From Balanoglossus misakiensis (taxonomy: Eukaryota; Animalia; Hemichordata), in assembly GCA_040954595.2 (NCBI GenBank), contig CM082580.2, forward strand, positions 5,835,519 to 5,899,518: 64,000 nt of DNA. The letters run 5' to 3'. The position numbers were made by a program, and so were the translations under genes. Positions 1 to 12,830 of the stretch are shown here, piece by piece (position 1 is the first letter of the stretch; each line of letters opens with the position of its first letter). Under the pieces are notes generated by a model. The model did not search any database, was not told the DNA's origin, and was given only the letters and a program-made list of their open reading frames with translations.

Positions 1-1151
1 GGGCTATAATAACCCATGATTTCTGTCAAAAAAATGAAGAAATTTTGATCTCTCGCAAAGTCGAAAAATTGTCATTTTTGGATGATTTTCATGGGGCTAT
101 AACCCATGATTTTTGTCAAAAATGAAGAAATTTTGATCTCTCGCAAAGTCGAAAAATTGTCATTTTTGGATGATTTTCATGGGCTATAACCCATGATTTT
201 TGTCAAAAAATGAAGAAATTTTGATCTCTCGCAAAGTCGAAAAATTGTCATTTTTTGGATGATTTTCATGGGCTATAACCCATGATTTTTGTCAAAAAAT
301 GAAGAAATTTTGATCTCTCGCAAAGTCGAAAAATTGTCATTTTTGGATGATTTTCATGGGCTATAACCCATGATTTTTGTCAAAAAATGAAGAAATTTTG
401 ATCTCTCGCAAAGTCGAAAAATTGTCATTTTTGGATGATTTTCATGGGCTATAACCCATGATTTTTGTCAAAAAATGAAGAAATTTTGATCTCTCGCAAA
501 GTCGAAAAATTGTCATTTTTGGATGATTTTCATGGGCTATAACCCATGATTTTTGTCAAAAAATGAAGAAATTTTGATCTCTCGCAAAGTCGAAAAATTG
601 TCATTTTTGGATGATTTTCATGGGCTATAACCCATGATTTTTGTCAAAAAATGAAGAAATTTTGATCTCTCGCAAAGTCGAAAAATTGTCATTTTTGGAT
701 GATTTTCATGGGCTATAACCCATGATTTTTGTCAAAAAATGAAGAAATTTTGATCTCTCGCAACGTCGAAAAATTGTCATTTTTGGATGATTTTCATGGG
801 CTATAACCCATGATTTTTGTCAAAAAATGAAGAAATTTTGATCTCTCGCAAAGTCGAAAAATTGTCATTTTTGGATGATTTTCATGGGCTATAACCCATG
901 ATTTTTGTCAAAAAATGAAGAAATTTTGATCTCTCGCAAAGTCGAAAAAATTGTCATTTTTGGATGATTTTCATGGGCTATAACCCATGATTTTTGTCAA
1001 AAAATGAAGAAATTTTGATCTCTCGCAAAGTCGAAAAATTGTCATTTTTGGATGATTTTCATGAGCTATAACCCATGATTTTTGTCAAAAAATGAAGAAA
1101 TTTTGATCTCTCGCAAAGTCAAAAAAATTGTCATTTTTGGATGATTTTCAT
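1..1151. repeat. Tandem array of an 88-bp unit, 13 near-identical copies; may continue left of the window
   Basis: Unit gggctataacccatgatttttgtcaaaaaatgaagaaattttgatctctcgcaaagtcgaaaaattgtcatttttggatgattttcat starts at about 1, 94, 181, 270, 358, 446, 534, 622, 710, 798, 886, 975 and 1063. Differences are mostly homopolymer length. Confidence 0.98.
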
Positions 1152-1192
1152 GAAAGCGAAGTTTCAAAATTTCTTCATTTTTTACAAAAATC

Positions 1193-1463
1193 ATGTATGT
1201 ATGTATGTATGTATGTATGTATGTATGTATGTATGTATGTATGTATGTATGTATGTATGTATGTGTGTATGTGTGTATGTATGTATGTATGTATGTATGT
1301 ATGTATGTATGTATGTATGTATGTATGTATGTATGTATGTATGTATGTATGTATGTATGTATGTATGTATGTATGTATGTATGTATGTATGTATGTATGT
1401 ATGTATGTATGTATGTATGTATGTATGTATGTATGTATGTATGTATGTATGTATGTATGTATG

Positions 1464-1494
<31 letters not shown>

Positions 1495-1518
1495 TGTATG
1501 TATGTATGTATGTATGTA
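1193..1518. repeat. (TATG)n microsatellite, about 80 units
   Basis: Directly visible; two TGTG variants near 1263-1276 and one irregularity near 1493. Confidence 0.99.
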
Positions 1519-4500
1519 TTTTTTTCTACACGGTAAGGCAACATTCGCCACTAAATATACCCTTACAAGATACCTTATTAATGTATAGTGTGCACAAATA
1601 AAATACATGGACAGGTATGCATGTAGATTCACGTCCTGTTTACATTTGACTTGGGGTGTTGACTTGGTGTGGTAACGACAATCAAATACAAGTTAAGTGG
1701 AGACAAGATCCTAAGGGGCGGGGGGGGGCATCATAGCGGGTAATAATTAAGATGTCTATTGCCCTATTCTTGTCAATTTGACTGATAGTGCGCCTATCAG
1801 ACGTCTGTAACGATCGCTTTGCACAACTTTTTGTTCGATAAGAATGTGTGAAATACTTAACCCAAATTACACAGCGCTGTTTCACGAATAGTGTGCACAA
1901 CGCTTGAACCTTGTCAAATTCGTCACTTGTGAACAATAGATCATCAAGTGTCCTTCAATTGTTGTCTTTTATTTCTGGCCAATGTTTTGGGGGTGGGCAT
2001 AATATTTCTTCATCTCGAAGCGACACAGTTCCCTGAAGGTGAGATTTGACCTTATGCTGTTGAGATGTAGGTCGCCTTTTTAACGAAACAAACCAAAAAT
2101 TAGAAATCGCGTGAATGTTTTCCCGGGTTGTTAAGATGTAAAACTTAATTTTTAATTTTGACTGTAGCACGGTTTCTCTTTGCATTCGGAGAATGGTTCT
2201 TGGCGCAGCTTTCCACTGCTTACAGACAAATGTTCGTTGAATTCGTATAGGCAATGTCATCAAAAGTCGTCGCTGGAGTACGCGCAATCGACGCCTTCAC
2301 GCCGAATTCATTCTGCGTTGGGTTCCAAAAATGAAAATTTAGATATGTATACATGTATGTGTCAAGCCCGCACACATAATAGTATAAACCAAGGGATTTT
2401 GCACAAACGTTGCTTGACGCTTATTGTAGAATTCGAGCACTACAAATTTAATATAATTGAATTTTCATTACGCTCTCTAATTAAGACGTAAAATAAACAA
2501 AGTAGGCTAATAACTCGTCAGACGAGGCTGAGAATCCTATCTTGGTTTTGGGCGTGAATTACCATGACAACCGTGAAACCAGCGAGTTACCATGTTGGGA
2601 GCAAGTGGTGCGGGCTAGCTTTGAAGAAAACCCAGTCGTCTCGACTTGAGTCCGCCATAAATCCTGATTAGTTCTAATTATGCAGTGACGCGTCGCCACT
2701 CTACTTGATTCAATGACTTCGAGAGGGGAGTCTGAAAGTTGTTGTACTAGAAGAACTCAAAAAAGTGATTGATACCGGTTATAATCGAGTCGTTTGACAC
2801 TGCTTTCGGATTTATCGTGGATATAAATAAGCGCTTTGCCAAGCGGAAAGTAACGTTGTCTGAAGTGGCTTGATAAGGGTCTCACTTATATAGTTGTACA
2901 CACGATGCTAATGGTTTTCACTGGTTTAGCTGTGACTTTTACTGATTGCGCCTAATCGCTGGTGACGGTTCCACTGACATTTGTTCATAAATTACGAGCG
3001 ACTTTATGTTATTTTTCCCCGCCGGGGCGAGAGCGTCCGAATGATTGATGTGGTGTAGAGGCAGGCGGTGTGGTACGCCAGATTCACTCGCGGTCCCGGG
3101 CTGATAGCACGAGTGCCGGGCATTTTTTTGCTCGGCCGTGAATTATTCAAACGTCATCATGTGAAGCCGTCATGAATTGCAACGTGTTTAACTCGAAGAT
3201 GCCGGGTCGTTATCTGCGACTGGTTTATTTTAAGGAAACGCAGCGCCCTTCGACATTCGGCAGGTCAGTGTGTTTTGAACGCAAGGGCGTCTTGAACGGA
3301 GTGTGGACGCTGATGATATATACAGAAGCGCTCGATGGAAGCAGGGTCGTTCGGCGAAGCTTGCTTTCTCCCACGCTCGGCGTTATCCGTCGCGTTGCCC
3401 GGTTTTCGGACGATTGAGAGAGTGTGCGAGGAGAGGAATTAAAACCGGTTTCATGTCAGCGCGTTCGTCGCTAGTGTCATCACAGTTGAGGATGGAATTG
3501 AACTCACGTACCCATAACCACAGCCTGGAATACAAAATGTGCGCCGGTGACAGTACTAGCACACAGACCGGTGCGCCCATCACCCGATATTGCAAATCTA
3601 TTCAAAGTCGACGCCATCTCGTCTCCTCAAAGGGACTCTCTATTCTTTTTTGGTCCTGTCCGGCGTAATTTTGACTGGTAAGTGAAATACGTTATGAGGA
3701 CTCTGGTTAATGATAAACAAAGAAGTTGAAAAGGTTAGTGTATACAGAGCAACAGAGATTGATGATGCGGCCTAGACTCGCTCTGTCGAAAAACCTCCAG
3801 CAGTCTGGTTTGTATCATGTTGATATCGATTGAACTGCCTCAGTACTCTGCTTGAATTTCAAAACATATGTACATCAGCGGGGCGATTTGCCAAGTTTTG
3901 GCTGGGTTTGACCTCGCGGTGATATAATACTTCCAAGTTCCCTTTAAGGTTTCTTCATTGGCTGTAACTTTTCGCTTTGTTTTCAGTATTTTTGTTTCGT
4001 GTACCTACTACTGTGACAGTTTCTTGTTACCTTCCCTGAAGCATGATGAAATGCCCACTATGCTGGTTATTGGAAAAAAAATCTATAAGTATATAACCAG
4101 CATTGTTATTGTGCAAAAGTTGTATTCTAGTCCGGACTAGAATCCATTTGTCAACAATAACAATGGCAGTTGCACATATACAGGGTATGTTGACAAGCTG
4201 AGTACTGGGTCCATTAGAACGCTGTTTGGAGAAATTGCAAAAGATACAGCTAATGTCCCTTTAACGAAACGCAACTCTGCGAGAATCCGCCAATTACTAC
4301 CCGTTTGTTTATTTTAATTTATGTTTTGAATTATCGCATGATGTGAGCCGCAGAAGTCGGTCACACTACATACACGTTGCACTCCAAGAAACCCTCGGCT
4401 TACTCCCCCCCCCCCCCCCCCCCCCCCCCATTCACCCGGCTGGCCACCCCGCCAAACGGTGTCACCTTGTCTGGAACTACTAACACCACCCAGCACTGCT

Positions 4501-7500
4501 CCGCCGAGACAAGAAATGATCGTAAATCCGACGTTATCGGTCCCACACGTCAAACTGGCCAAACACAAGCAGCCGGGTTGCAAATACCTGCTGTCAGAAT
4601 TTCACACTTCAGCCGAGCGATTTATCGATGACGCGACAGCGGCTTTAAGAAAGTGCACCCTATCTCGTTTGGGGAAATTAATTTCTGATCAGCGTGTCCG
4701 ATAATAAGCAATGTTTACAGGTGCTGGCAGCCATCTCGTAGAAGGCACGGATATCTCCGGTCAATAACAAAATTTGATTACCCCTTAATAAAACTGTCCG
4801 CATTGATTATTGCTCTATGGCTGTGCCAGACAAGGTAAACTTTCTATCCCCAAGCCACAGTTTTATAAAATCAGAAATTACATACATGTAGGCCATAGAC
4901 CACAAGTGATTCGCATGAGTGCGCCATCACACGGCATCGACTAGAGAGTATAGACCAGTACTGGACTGAAAACCGTGCTTTGAAAATACTAATCTAATCT
5001 AAAACGGCTTTTCAAATGCACCCAGACTTTGCAGAACTATTAACAACGTTAACTGAGATGAAGAGGTGAGGGTCCTGTCCTAGTCGTCGAATACAACATA
5101 AATATGTCCAGTTTGGGAACTGTGAAAAATACTCAAGGAAACTGAAGGTTCTGTCGTTGTTTTCACCGATTTTCAGACTGTATCAAAATGTGAATTTCAC
5201 TACCTCGACGAACTACAGTAACCTAATATTGCTTTTGTGTATATATACTATAATTCTTGTCTGAAACTTCAGGTCGTTCACTGTGCTGTCTGGGATAAGT
5301 ACACGCGTGTCTGGAGACGGTTGCACAGCTTAGTGTGTGTGTGGGGGGGGGGGGGCTAAAGACGCCGCTTTCCAATAGTAAAATTGGTACCATGCACATG
5401 TACATGTACAACACGATGATGTGCTGATCTGTTTAATAGCCATCGTTTCGAAAACCTCGGGGGACCGGCACGCTTAGATGTTGAAGTTTTTCAGTCGATA
5501 AACACGTCACAAAGACCGAAAGAGCTGTCGCGATTTATAGAGGCTGCCCACACGGACCGGCAGATCGTGAGCTCTAATCATCAAAATTGCAGAGTCAACG
5601 AAGCTTGACATGTGACGTCATTGCAGTGCGCATGTTACAACAGAATCAGCAGATTCGAACCCCGTAAGCAAAAGCAACATTTTGAAACGCCAGACGTCGC
5701 TCAGTTCTTGGTCTTTTTTGCAGGAGGACAAACAATCTCCCTTGCGGATTTGACTCTGTTCTGTGCGCTGTGCTGTCTGTCATGTCATGTGCCGTACTGT
5801 TTCGTGTTTGTCTGTGCAAATGGCCGCGGCCATGCAAATGAAATCGTGGCCTATGATTTTGGGGAGGGTGTATGGACGGACATGATACAAGTTTTTTTGT
5901 TCCTTGCGGCGGCGCGCGGATGAACTGTGGCCTACAAGTATCAGCCTCAGATAACACTCAAAGAATGCAGTTTTTCATCGTTTACCATACATGAACTCAT
6001 TTCTACTTTGGGGCGAATACACTGACCATCCCTCCCTTGGTACGATAAAACATTGACATCAACACGGACCGTGCGTAGAAATCCTTTCGTGTCATTTATA
6101 CAGGGACATTAGCCGTAACTGTTGGCTATTTCTAAGTATTTTTGTTCTGTATTAAACTCTTGGTTTATTTTCTTCTCTTTTCAAATAGCTAAAAATTACA
6201 GCTAATGCCATGCCAATTAGAGAGATCACATTTCTTTTGGGGTTATTCGTCTTCTAATGTTGCGTTGTCGTTCATGCACACACTTTATATTTTATCCGTT
6301 AGAATATGGCAATATCGTCGGTACATGTATATCTTTCTTTACTGTTTAATACGCGCTCCTCTTGTTTCCCCGCCTGTCGGTTTGGTGGTCCGAATTCAGT
6401 TAGTAGAACATACCTGAGTAGAGTGGTGTTTGTCCAGCAAACGCTTGCTGCTACTGCTGCTGCGATCTAACCGCAGACAAACAGACAAATAAAGAACTTG
6501 CCACAGTTATCCTGGTCTGGACACAGTAGTTGTGCTCAGCGATAATCAGAGGACATTTTCGTCATAGGTTACCCGCCATCATCACCCTCTCTCAAAAGTT
6601 AATTTCAGAAAATATAAGCACACCTGAAGGAAAACCCCTTACTACTGCAAATTTGAAGAAAAATAAGTCAGCGATCGGATCCGTATGGTCGAGTTTTTAT
6701 TCAGCAGATCATATCAAGGAACGTGAGAAAGCTCCTTTCCTTCAGTAATTTTTGTACTTTCGGTGGTTCTTTCGGTTTAAAACGACTCGCCAAAGCAAAC
6801 CCGAGATAATGAAGGCTTCACGTCAGTATACGCTTGGGGCTTATTATTGCTGATGCTTGTCTCGCTACCGGATTGACTTTGATATCAATTTGATGAGCAT
6901 TTATCAGGCTAAAAGTAAGTAGAAACCACACTTTTGTTCAGAAGTAATCCTATCACAGTATGCGCACTTAATTCTGCTGGTTTTGTTTATACTTTGAACA
7001 GCTCTAATATACCAAAGCTATTGGGTACGAAAAATAGAAAATTAACAACTGATGAAATGACTGGTGTCATATTTGTGCATCAATAAACCTTCCCGCCATC
7101 AACACTTTGTAGTTTGCTCAGGGTCTGAAAAATCCCCTCACATTATACATAGGCTTCGTTTACACAGGTAACTGGGCCTTGAATATGACAGGCCGTGCAC
7201 GAACTGTGTAAATTGAAAAAAACACAAGGGGCCAGGTGTCGACAGGCTTGTCAGCCTATGCCTGCTGTTCATTTACAAAATATCTACTCGATACGTCACT
7301 CAGTTCCGACACAGCCACAGCGATATCATGCAAAAGTTTGCTTGTTCCCATATACATGTACGACACTTGTTTACTTCGATTTGCTGGGAAGCGTTACGTA
7401 TACTAGTGCTTGGTGAGATACGACTAAGTTTCACTCGATGGGCATTTGACCCAAAATACGTCCAGCCTTGCTGTCAAATCGCGCGTCACAACACCACAAC

Positions 7501-10244
7501 CCGCGTCCATTGCTTGTTGGGTTCCGCTAACTGCTTCAACATGCGGATATATAATGAAGTTGCCAGTACCTTTTATTGTGTGCCACGTGTTTTTGAACGC
7601 TGAACGTCGCTGTCTAGATATCAACACCGAATATAGGTCTAAACAACTCACAGATAGCCGATAATGTACAAATGAGACACCCTTTCATACAGATAACACG
7701 AAGAACCACAAATCAGAAAATCTGGCGAACAACATGATAAGTATTACTTTTTACGAGAAGCTGGTCCTAAAAATGCTGTGTGGTCCAATAATCCACAGGC
7801 TAACAAAATCTACGTTGACTATTTACCAGATTTTCGATAAACTTTTCTTCTCACGCAACTTTGTGACGAGTGACGATCTAGTTCACAGAGAGTCAATTAA
7901 ATTTGGTTGTTTACAGATTTTAGAATTTGGGTACATTTGTGAATTGCAACGTTCAGGACTTTTACAACCTCACAAATTCCCTCGACTGTGAACTAACTTA
8001 AAGTTACTATGGCTGGTTATTGAACTAAAGGCAAGGTTTTAAAATGTGCAACGAAAAATTTATGACTCCAATTTGGCAATTTTGTTCGAATAAGGGAAAC
8101 TCAAACAAAAGTAAATTATGGCTTGAAAACCCTTGAAAACAACAGAGTGTTGTTCCTTCTTTGTGTTTGTCGATCTTCATTTTGACATTTACTTTGAAAA
8201 GAAATTAAAATTTTAACCCCCCCCCCCCCATTTTATCTTGTTATTACGTCCACAATGTACAATTTCAGAACAAAATCTCAGAAATTAGTAATAAGCCTAT
8301 ACTTTACAGGAACGCGGGTGCATGGCTCAAGTGATAAAGCATTTAACATGGTCCGGCAAAGAAAGGAGTTCGCCTTGACACACCAGGTGAAAATACTTAG
8401 AGTCAAGCCCAAGGTCAAAACTACTTGAGATTCGCAGCTGACAGGAGTTTGTAAAATATGGGAGGAACATTATTATAAGTTGACAAATTGTAGATAAAAG
8501 TTAGAGGTGTGAATAGGGATGATGGATGGATTTTCTATTATTGGCCGTGGCTTACCGTTAGGTTCAAGAGAAGTCACACAGCTTGGCCCGGTGGTTTCCA
8601 GTGGATGACGCTGGCTGAGACCCTCTCGACACTGGCGTAGACTGTGATCTATGGAAACTGAGTGTCCACTTTCGCCGTGTTCAAAGTGAGGCAAGGTTCA
8701 TCGGGATATTGTCAATCGACAAGACCGTTTGATTTGAACAGCCTCTGTTTGTGTTTATTCTCCAAGCAAAGGGTGTAATGATATAGGTGGACCAACAGAG
8801 ACGGGGGGGGGGGGGGGGGGGCAGGAAACTTCCTTATTCTATCGCGGTAGCACCATAAAGGTGAACACGTGCGGTTAAAATAAATTAACCATCAAAAAGA
8901 TCAAACAATCCGGAAAAAAGACAAACATCATTTTTAAAGGTGTGCGCGCACAACGAGCGAGTGGATTTTGTCTCTCCCCATTTGATTACGTTGAGAATTG
9001 TTAAAATAAACCCACTTCTACTATTGTCAGTTTCATGGCGTATTATTACACAGATTTTAGTCAAATAAAATTCGATTCTGCAGTGGTCAAATTAAATCGT
9101 TTGGTCTCTCCGCTCAATTTCGTTGAATGTGTTCGCCCATAGAAAACCATTGATGAAAACAATTCTAACTCAGCAGTTGGGTTTGTTTTCATTATCGACT
9201 AAATTAACGGCCTTGTATTTCAAAAACAAGCGCGTTGGCCAATATATATTTAATTCCGGATTTCTATTATACTTACAAAGGAGAAATGACAAAACATTCA
9301 ATTTTACCGATCGTACATCCTTAAGAAGAAAAGTTAGACATATTTTAATAGTTGCAATATCCGGAGAATCTCTCCGGGCCAAAAAAGAGTTGTTAGTTCT
9401 CAGTATTTGGCATAATCAGTTGTCATGGTGATTCGGAATCTATTCCTATTTCGTGCAGCTCAGTCGATGGGTTGACTTTCTCAATTCTTCTACCTCCACA
9501 TTAGAGGCGACTGTTGACACCAACTTAGTCATAGCGTCTTACCAATGATGACTTAACAGGCAGGCATTTAGCAATCACCCGTCAAGTATACACACGCGCA
9601 GCGAAATTCTGTTACCTACGTCACAAGATTCGCTTCAGTGGTAACACTGCGGTGATATCTGCTCCTGTAATAAAAAAAAGCCGTTCGGGCTATAAACCCA
9701 TAAAACTGCGGAAATCCTAAAATAGGCACTCCCTTCACCAGTTCGTAAAAGAGACAAGAAAAATGATTATTTCTTTTTAGAGTGAAGGTCAGTTATCGAG
9801 CGCATGCCTTCAAAATGGTTCGAATGACTCCGGAACACACCGACGCAAGATATTGCAAAAGTAGTGATCTTGACAAATTTCACAAAGTATAGACTGCACT
9901 TCGTGAGAATTGATTTGAAAATACTACCCATTTGAACACTGGCGTTGTTCTAAAGTTCAATTATTTAGATCTGTGTTGTTGTGAGTTCGCTGTTGAGTTG
10001 AACTCGTAGCGAATGCGACTGGGTGTATCGACAGAGTGATGTAAAATGGTTCCAATGCAGCAAATAACACGCAGCGGCGTCAACTTCACATTTGATCCGT
10101 TGAACAGACCAGTGATTTTTTTTGTATCCGCCTTCGTTTTCTTGAGGACTGACATGGTAGGCTCGGTATTTTAATGTATTCATTTTCAAGTCGTCAGGGT
10201 AATCTTTCAGCTTGAAAATCTAACTTCATGGAAAACTCGAGGGG

Positions 10245-10425
10245 AAGCAGAGAGAGAGGGGTCAGCAATATTCTCATTTGCGCGCCGGGGGAGTTTGAGG
10301 GAGACTAGGTATAGGGGGCGACGGAGGGGGTACAGAGACATATATCTTTCTGGGGTGCAGTAGCCGTGCAAAAGGAGGGGAGGGAGACACACAGAGACAC
10401 AAAGAGAGACACACAGAGACAGAAA
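10245..10425. repeat. GA/GACA-rich low-complexity tract
   Basis: agagagaggg ... gagacacacagagacacaaagagagacacacagagacaga. Confidence 0.7.
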
Positions 10426-11806
10426 CGTCCATAATATTCTAATTCACGTGTCGACCAAAAAATATCGCGATTCGGAATGCACGAAGTGGATGCAATTTTT
10501 TAAGACTCTGACACTGACAACACAGGTAAAAGTTCGTTTGCTCAAACCAAGATTTGATTTACAGGCGACAGGCGTTCGTTTCTGTTCCACCCCGATTGAC
10601 AATATTTGTCCAACTCGATTGTGCTTTATTACCCCTTTATTATACATATACGTCAAAACGTGAAAACAAACTTTGACGTTTAAGCTTTAGTTTATAGAAG
10701 GTCCCCTGATTAGAGGCCGGGGTTAGTACTAGGCACTGAGTGACATGGCGCGTCGGGATTGCGCAGATTATGATTGACTCTACTCAATCGGTCTGATGAG
10801 GCATTGTGGGTATATGATTTTCATACCACCCACTTCAATACAGCGGTACTGCCAGGTACAGTTATAGATTATCAGTGGCTGTACAATAGCCTCCAGTCTC
10901 CGTCTGCAGCTAGGGAGACCGGTCCAGTTGCGAAGAAAGTTTAATTTATTGGGGGAACATGACAAAAGAGTGATCAAACAACCTCCTCGGAGATAATTTA
11001 TTGTGATATTTTCGCGAGTTTCTCCTGCTGTAGTCGAAGAAATAGCATTCGTGATTCGGTGCATATACATACATACATGTGTGTATTAGCAATTGTGGAC
11101 ATGGTTTTGTTTGAACTCTTCAAGACACTATTCAATACAATTCAACGATTTCTGACTCAAATAGTTGGGTTCCGTTAATTTCATGTAGCCTATTAAAAGG
11201 GACAACAACGTGGAACTTTAAACATTTTTATGAAGAATGTCAAACTACCCCCACTGTTCAAGGGTCATGAAGGTGCTCCATCGGAACACTGGGGACAACA
11301 GTTCTATTCTCAGGAGGTCGCGTCTTGGCGAATACTCGGTTGGCACGACACTTGTTTGAACATTCTGGTTTGGACCTCTTGGTTGGAAGCAAAAAGGAAA
11401 CATTGTATGATTATAAGTTTGTGGTGGAAAATCTATACGTACTGTACAGTCTGAGGTTTAGCTTAATTTTCCATCTTTCATCACCTTGCGATCTTATGAA
11501 TTTGTTAGGAAGTTAGCGCGTACGGGGTGGGGGGGCTACAGATCAAGAGTTTTGGGGCCTATAAATGTGTCCGGGATTTGACCTTTCCTCAAAGAAGCTA
11601 AAGCGAAATTTCATAATGCTGTGAACAAAAACAAAAGAATTCAAACTTTCCCGTTCAGCCAACTTAGACAAGTGGCGCTGCCGGGGCTGCTCGCGATCTT
11701 CTTGAATGATCGATAGAGGGAGCCCGTATGCTCGCCAAAACAAGATTCGTACAAAAATACAAACGCGCGGCTGGTACGCCTTATACAGTGACCGGCTGGG
11801 TAGAAT

Positions 11807-11908
11807 TAGCTGTGGTACGCAGCTGTACCGTTGGGGGGAGGGGCTGATTGTCCGTGGGGTAATCAGCCCCCCCCCCCCCCCCCACGGTACAGCTGCGTAC
11901 CACAGCCA
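11807..11908. mobile_element. 102-bp fold-back MITE with 9-bp target-site duplication (family 1)
   Basis: TIRs tagctgtggtacgcagctgtaccg ... cggtacagctgcgtaccacagcca; direct repeat gggtagaat at 11798-11806 and 11909-11917; related copy at 63450. Confidence 0.85.
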
Positions 11909-12780
11909 GGGTAGAATACTAGTATGTCACGGCCAAGGTGCATAATGATCGATCTACAGTTTATTACTGCAAATGACGGTGACGTCACTTTTACTGGCCT
12001 TTCGGATGCAATTGCGAAATTCCTAATACTAATTGTCAGTATCAAACCAATGCAGTCATAAAAGGTATCATTATGTCACTTGATGGCATGAAACGATTTG
12101 TTCATGAGATTCATCATGTGCCAAGGTCACGGGCCCTTTTTTTTGAGTGGCCGTGCTGAGGATCGCACACAACCGTACTTTTCTGTCAGTTATTTAGGGG
12201 CTTAACACCCAAATGCATGTTACATGTATTTTCTCAAAAAGACACGACGTGCACTCTTCAGTGACGTATTATTATCGCATTGTTACCGTTTATTTTATCC
12301 CAAACCTTTCGCGTGCATCAAAACGTGAAATTGGAGCAAAGAGCACGCAAATATCGCATAGCTTGGCGTCCCCTGGAGTCAGGAATGGTAAAGTAAAGAT
12401 TCTCGCAGTATATAGTCTGTTGATGGCAAGTTTGTTCGAGACTTTGTGACCAAGTACATGTACACGCGTCCACCTTCACGGCCGCAATTTCACCACGCTT
12501 GTACCCATTCCACAGTTGCCATAGTAGCAGACATACTGACAATTTTAAACAGCGCTTCTCATTCTTTCATTTCACATTTTCCTTCAGGAAGGCATTACAC
12601 ATGCAGTAAACAATTGAATTCAGACCTATTGTCTTTCCGTAGGAAGAGATCCCGATGGTGTGTTGAAGACTAGGGTGATGTTCTGATACGGTGTATCTTG
12701 TGACTTTAGCTTGGCTTCTTTTAACAATATTGTGAACCGAAAGATAATTTTCCATAATAGCCATAAAGTCCATTATTTTT

Positions 12781-12830
12781 ATTCTATCCTATCCTATTCT
12801 ATTCTATTCTAGTCCTACTCTAGTCTATTC
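12781..12830. repeat. Degenerate (CTATT)n microsatellite
   Basis: attctatcctatcctattctattctattctagtcctactctagtctattc. Confidence 0.8.

Noticed and set aside
1-1151. 88-bp array as a CRISPR array
   Set aside because: Units are contiguous and near-identical with no unique spacers; eukaryotic context and no cas genes.
1066-1632. Long ORFs reading (MYVC)n or (YIHT)n
   Set aside because: Stop-free translation of the (TATG)n microsatellite in several frames; not genes.
4405-4429. Long C/G homopolymers (also 8803-8822 and 44618-44650) as functional G-quadruplex elements
   Set aside because: Such runs are scattered throughout the window and are length-unstable; nothing in their context singles them out.
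8315-8400. tRNA or tRNA-derived SINE head (tggctcaagtga ... ggagttcgcc)
   Set aside because: A- and B-box matches are weak, there is no cloverleaf, no tail or TSD, and no second copy in the window.
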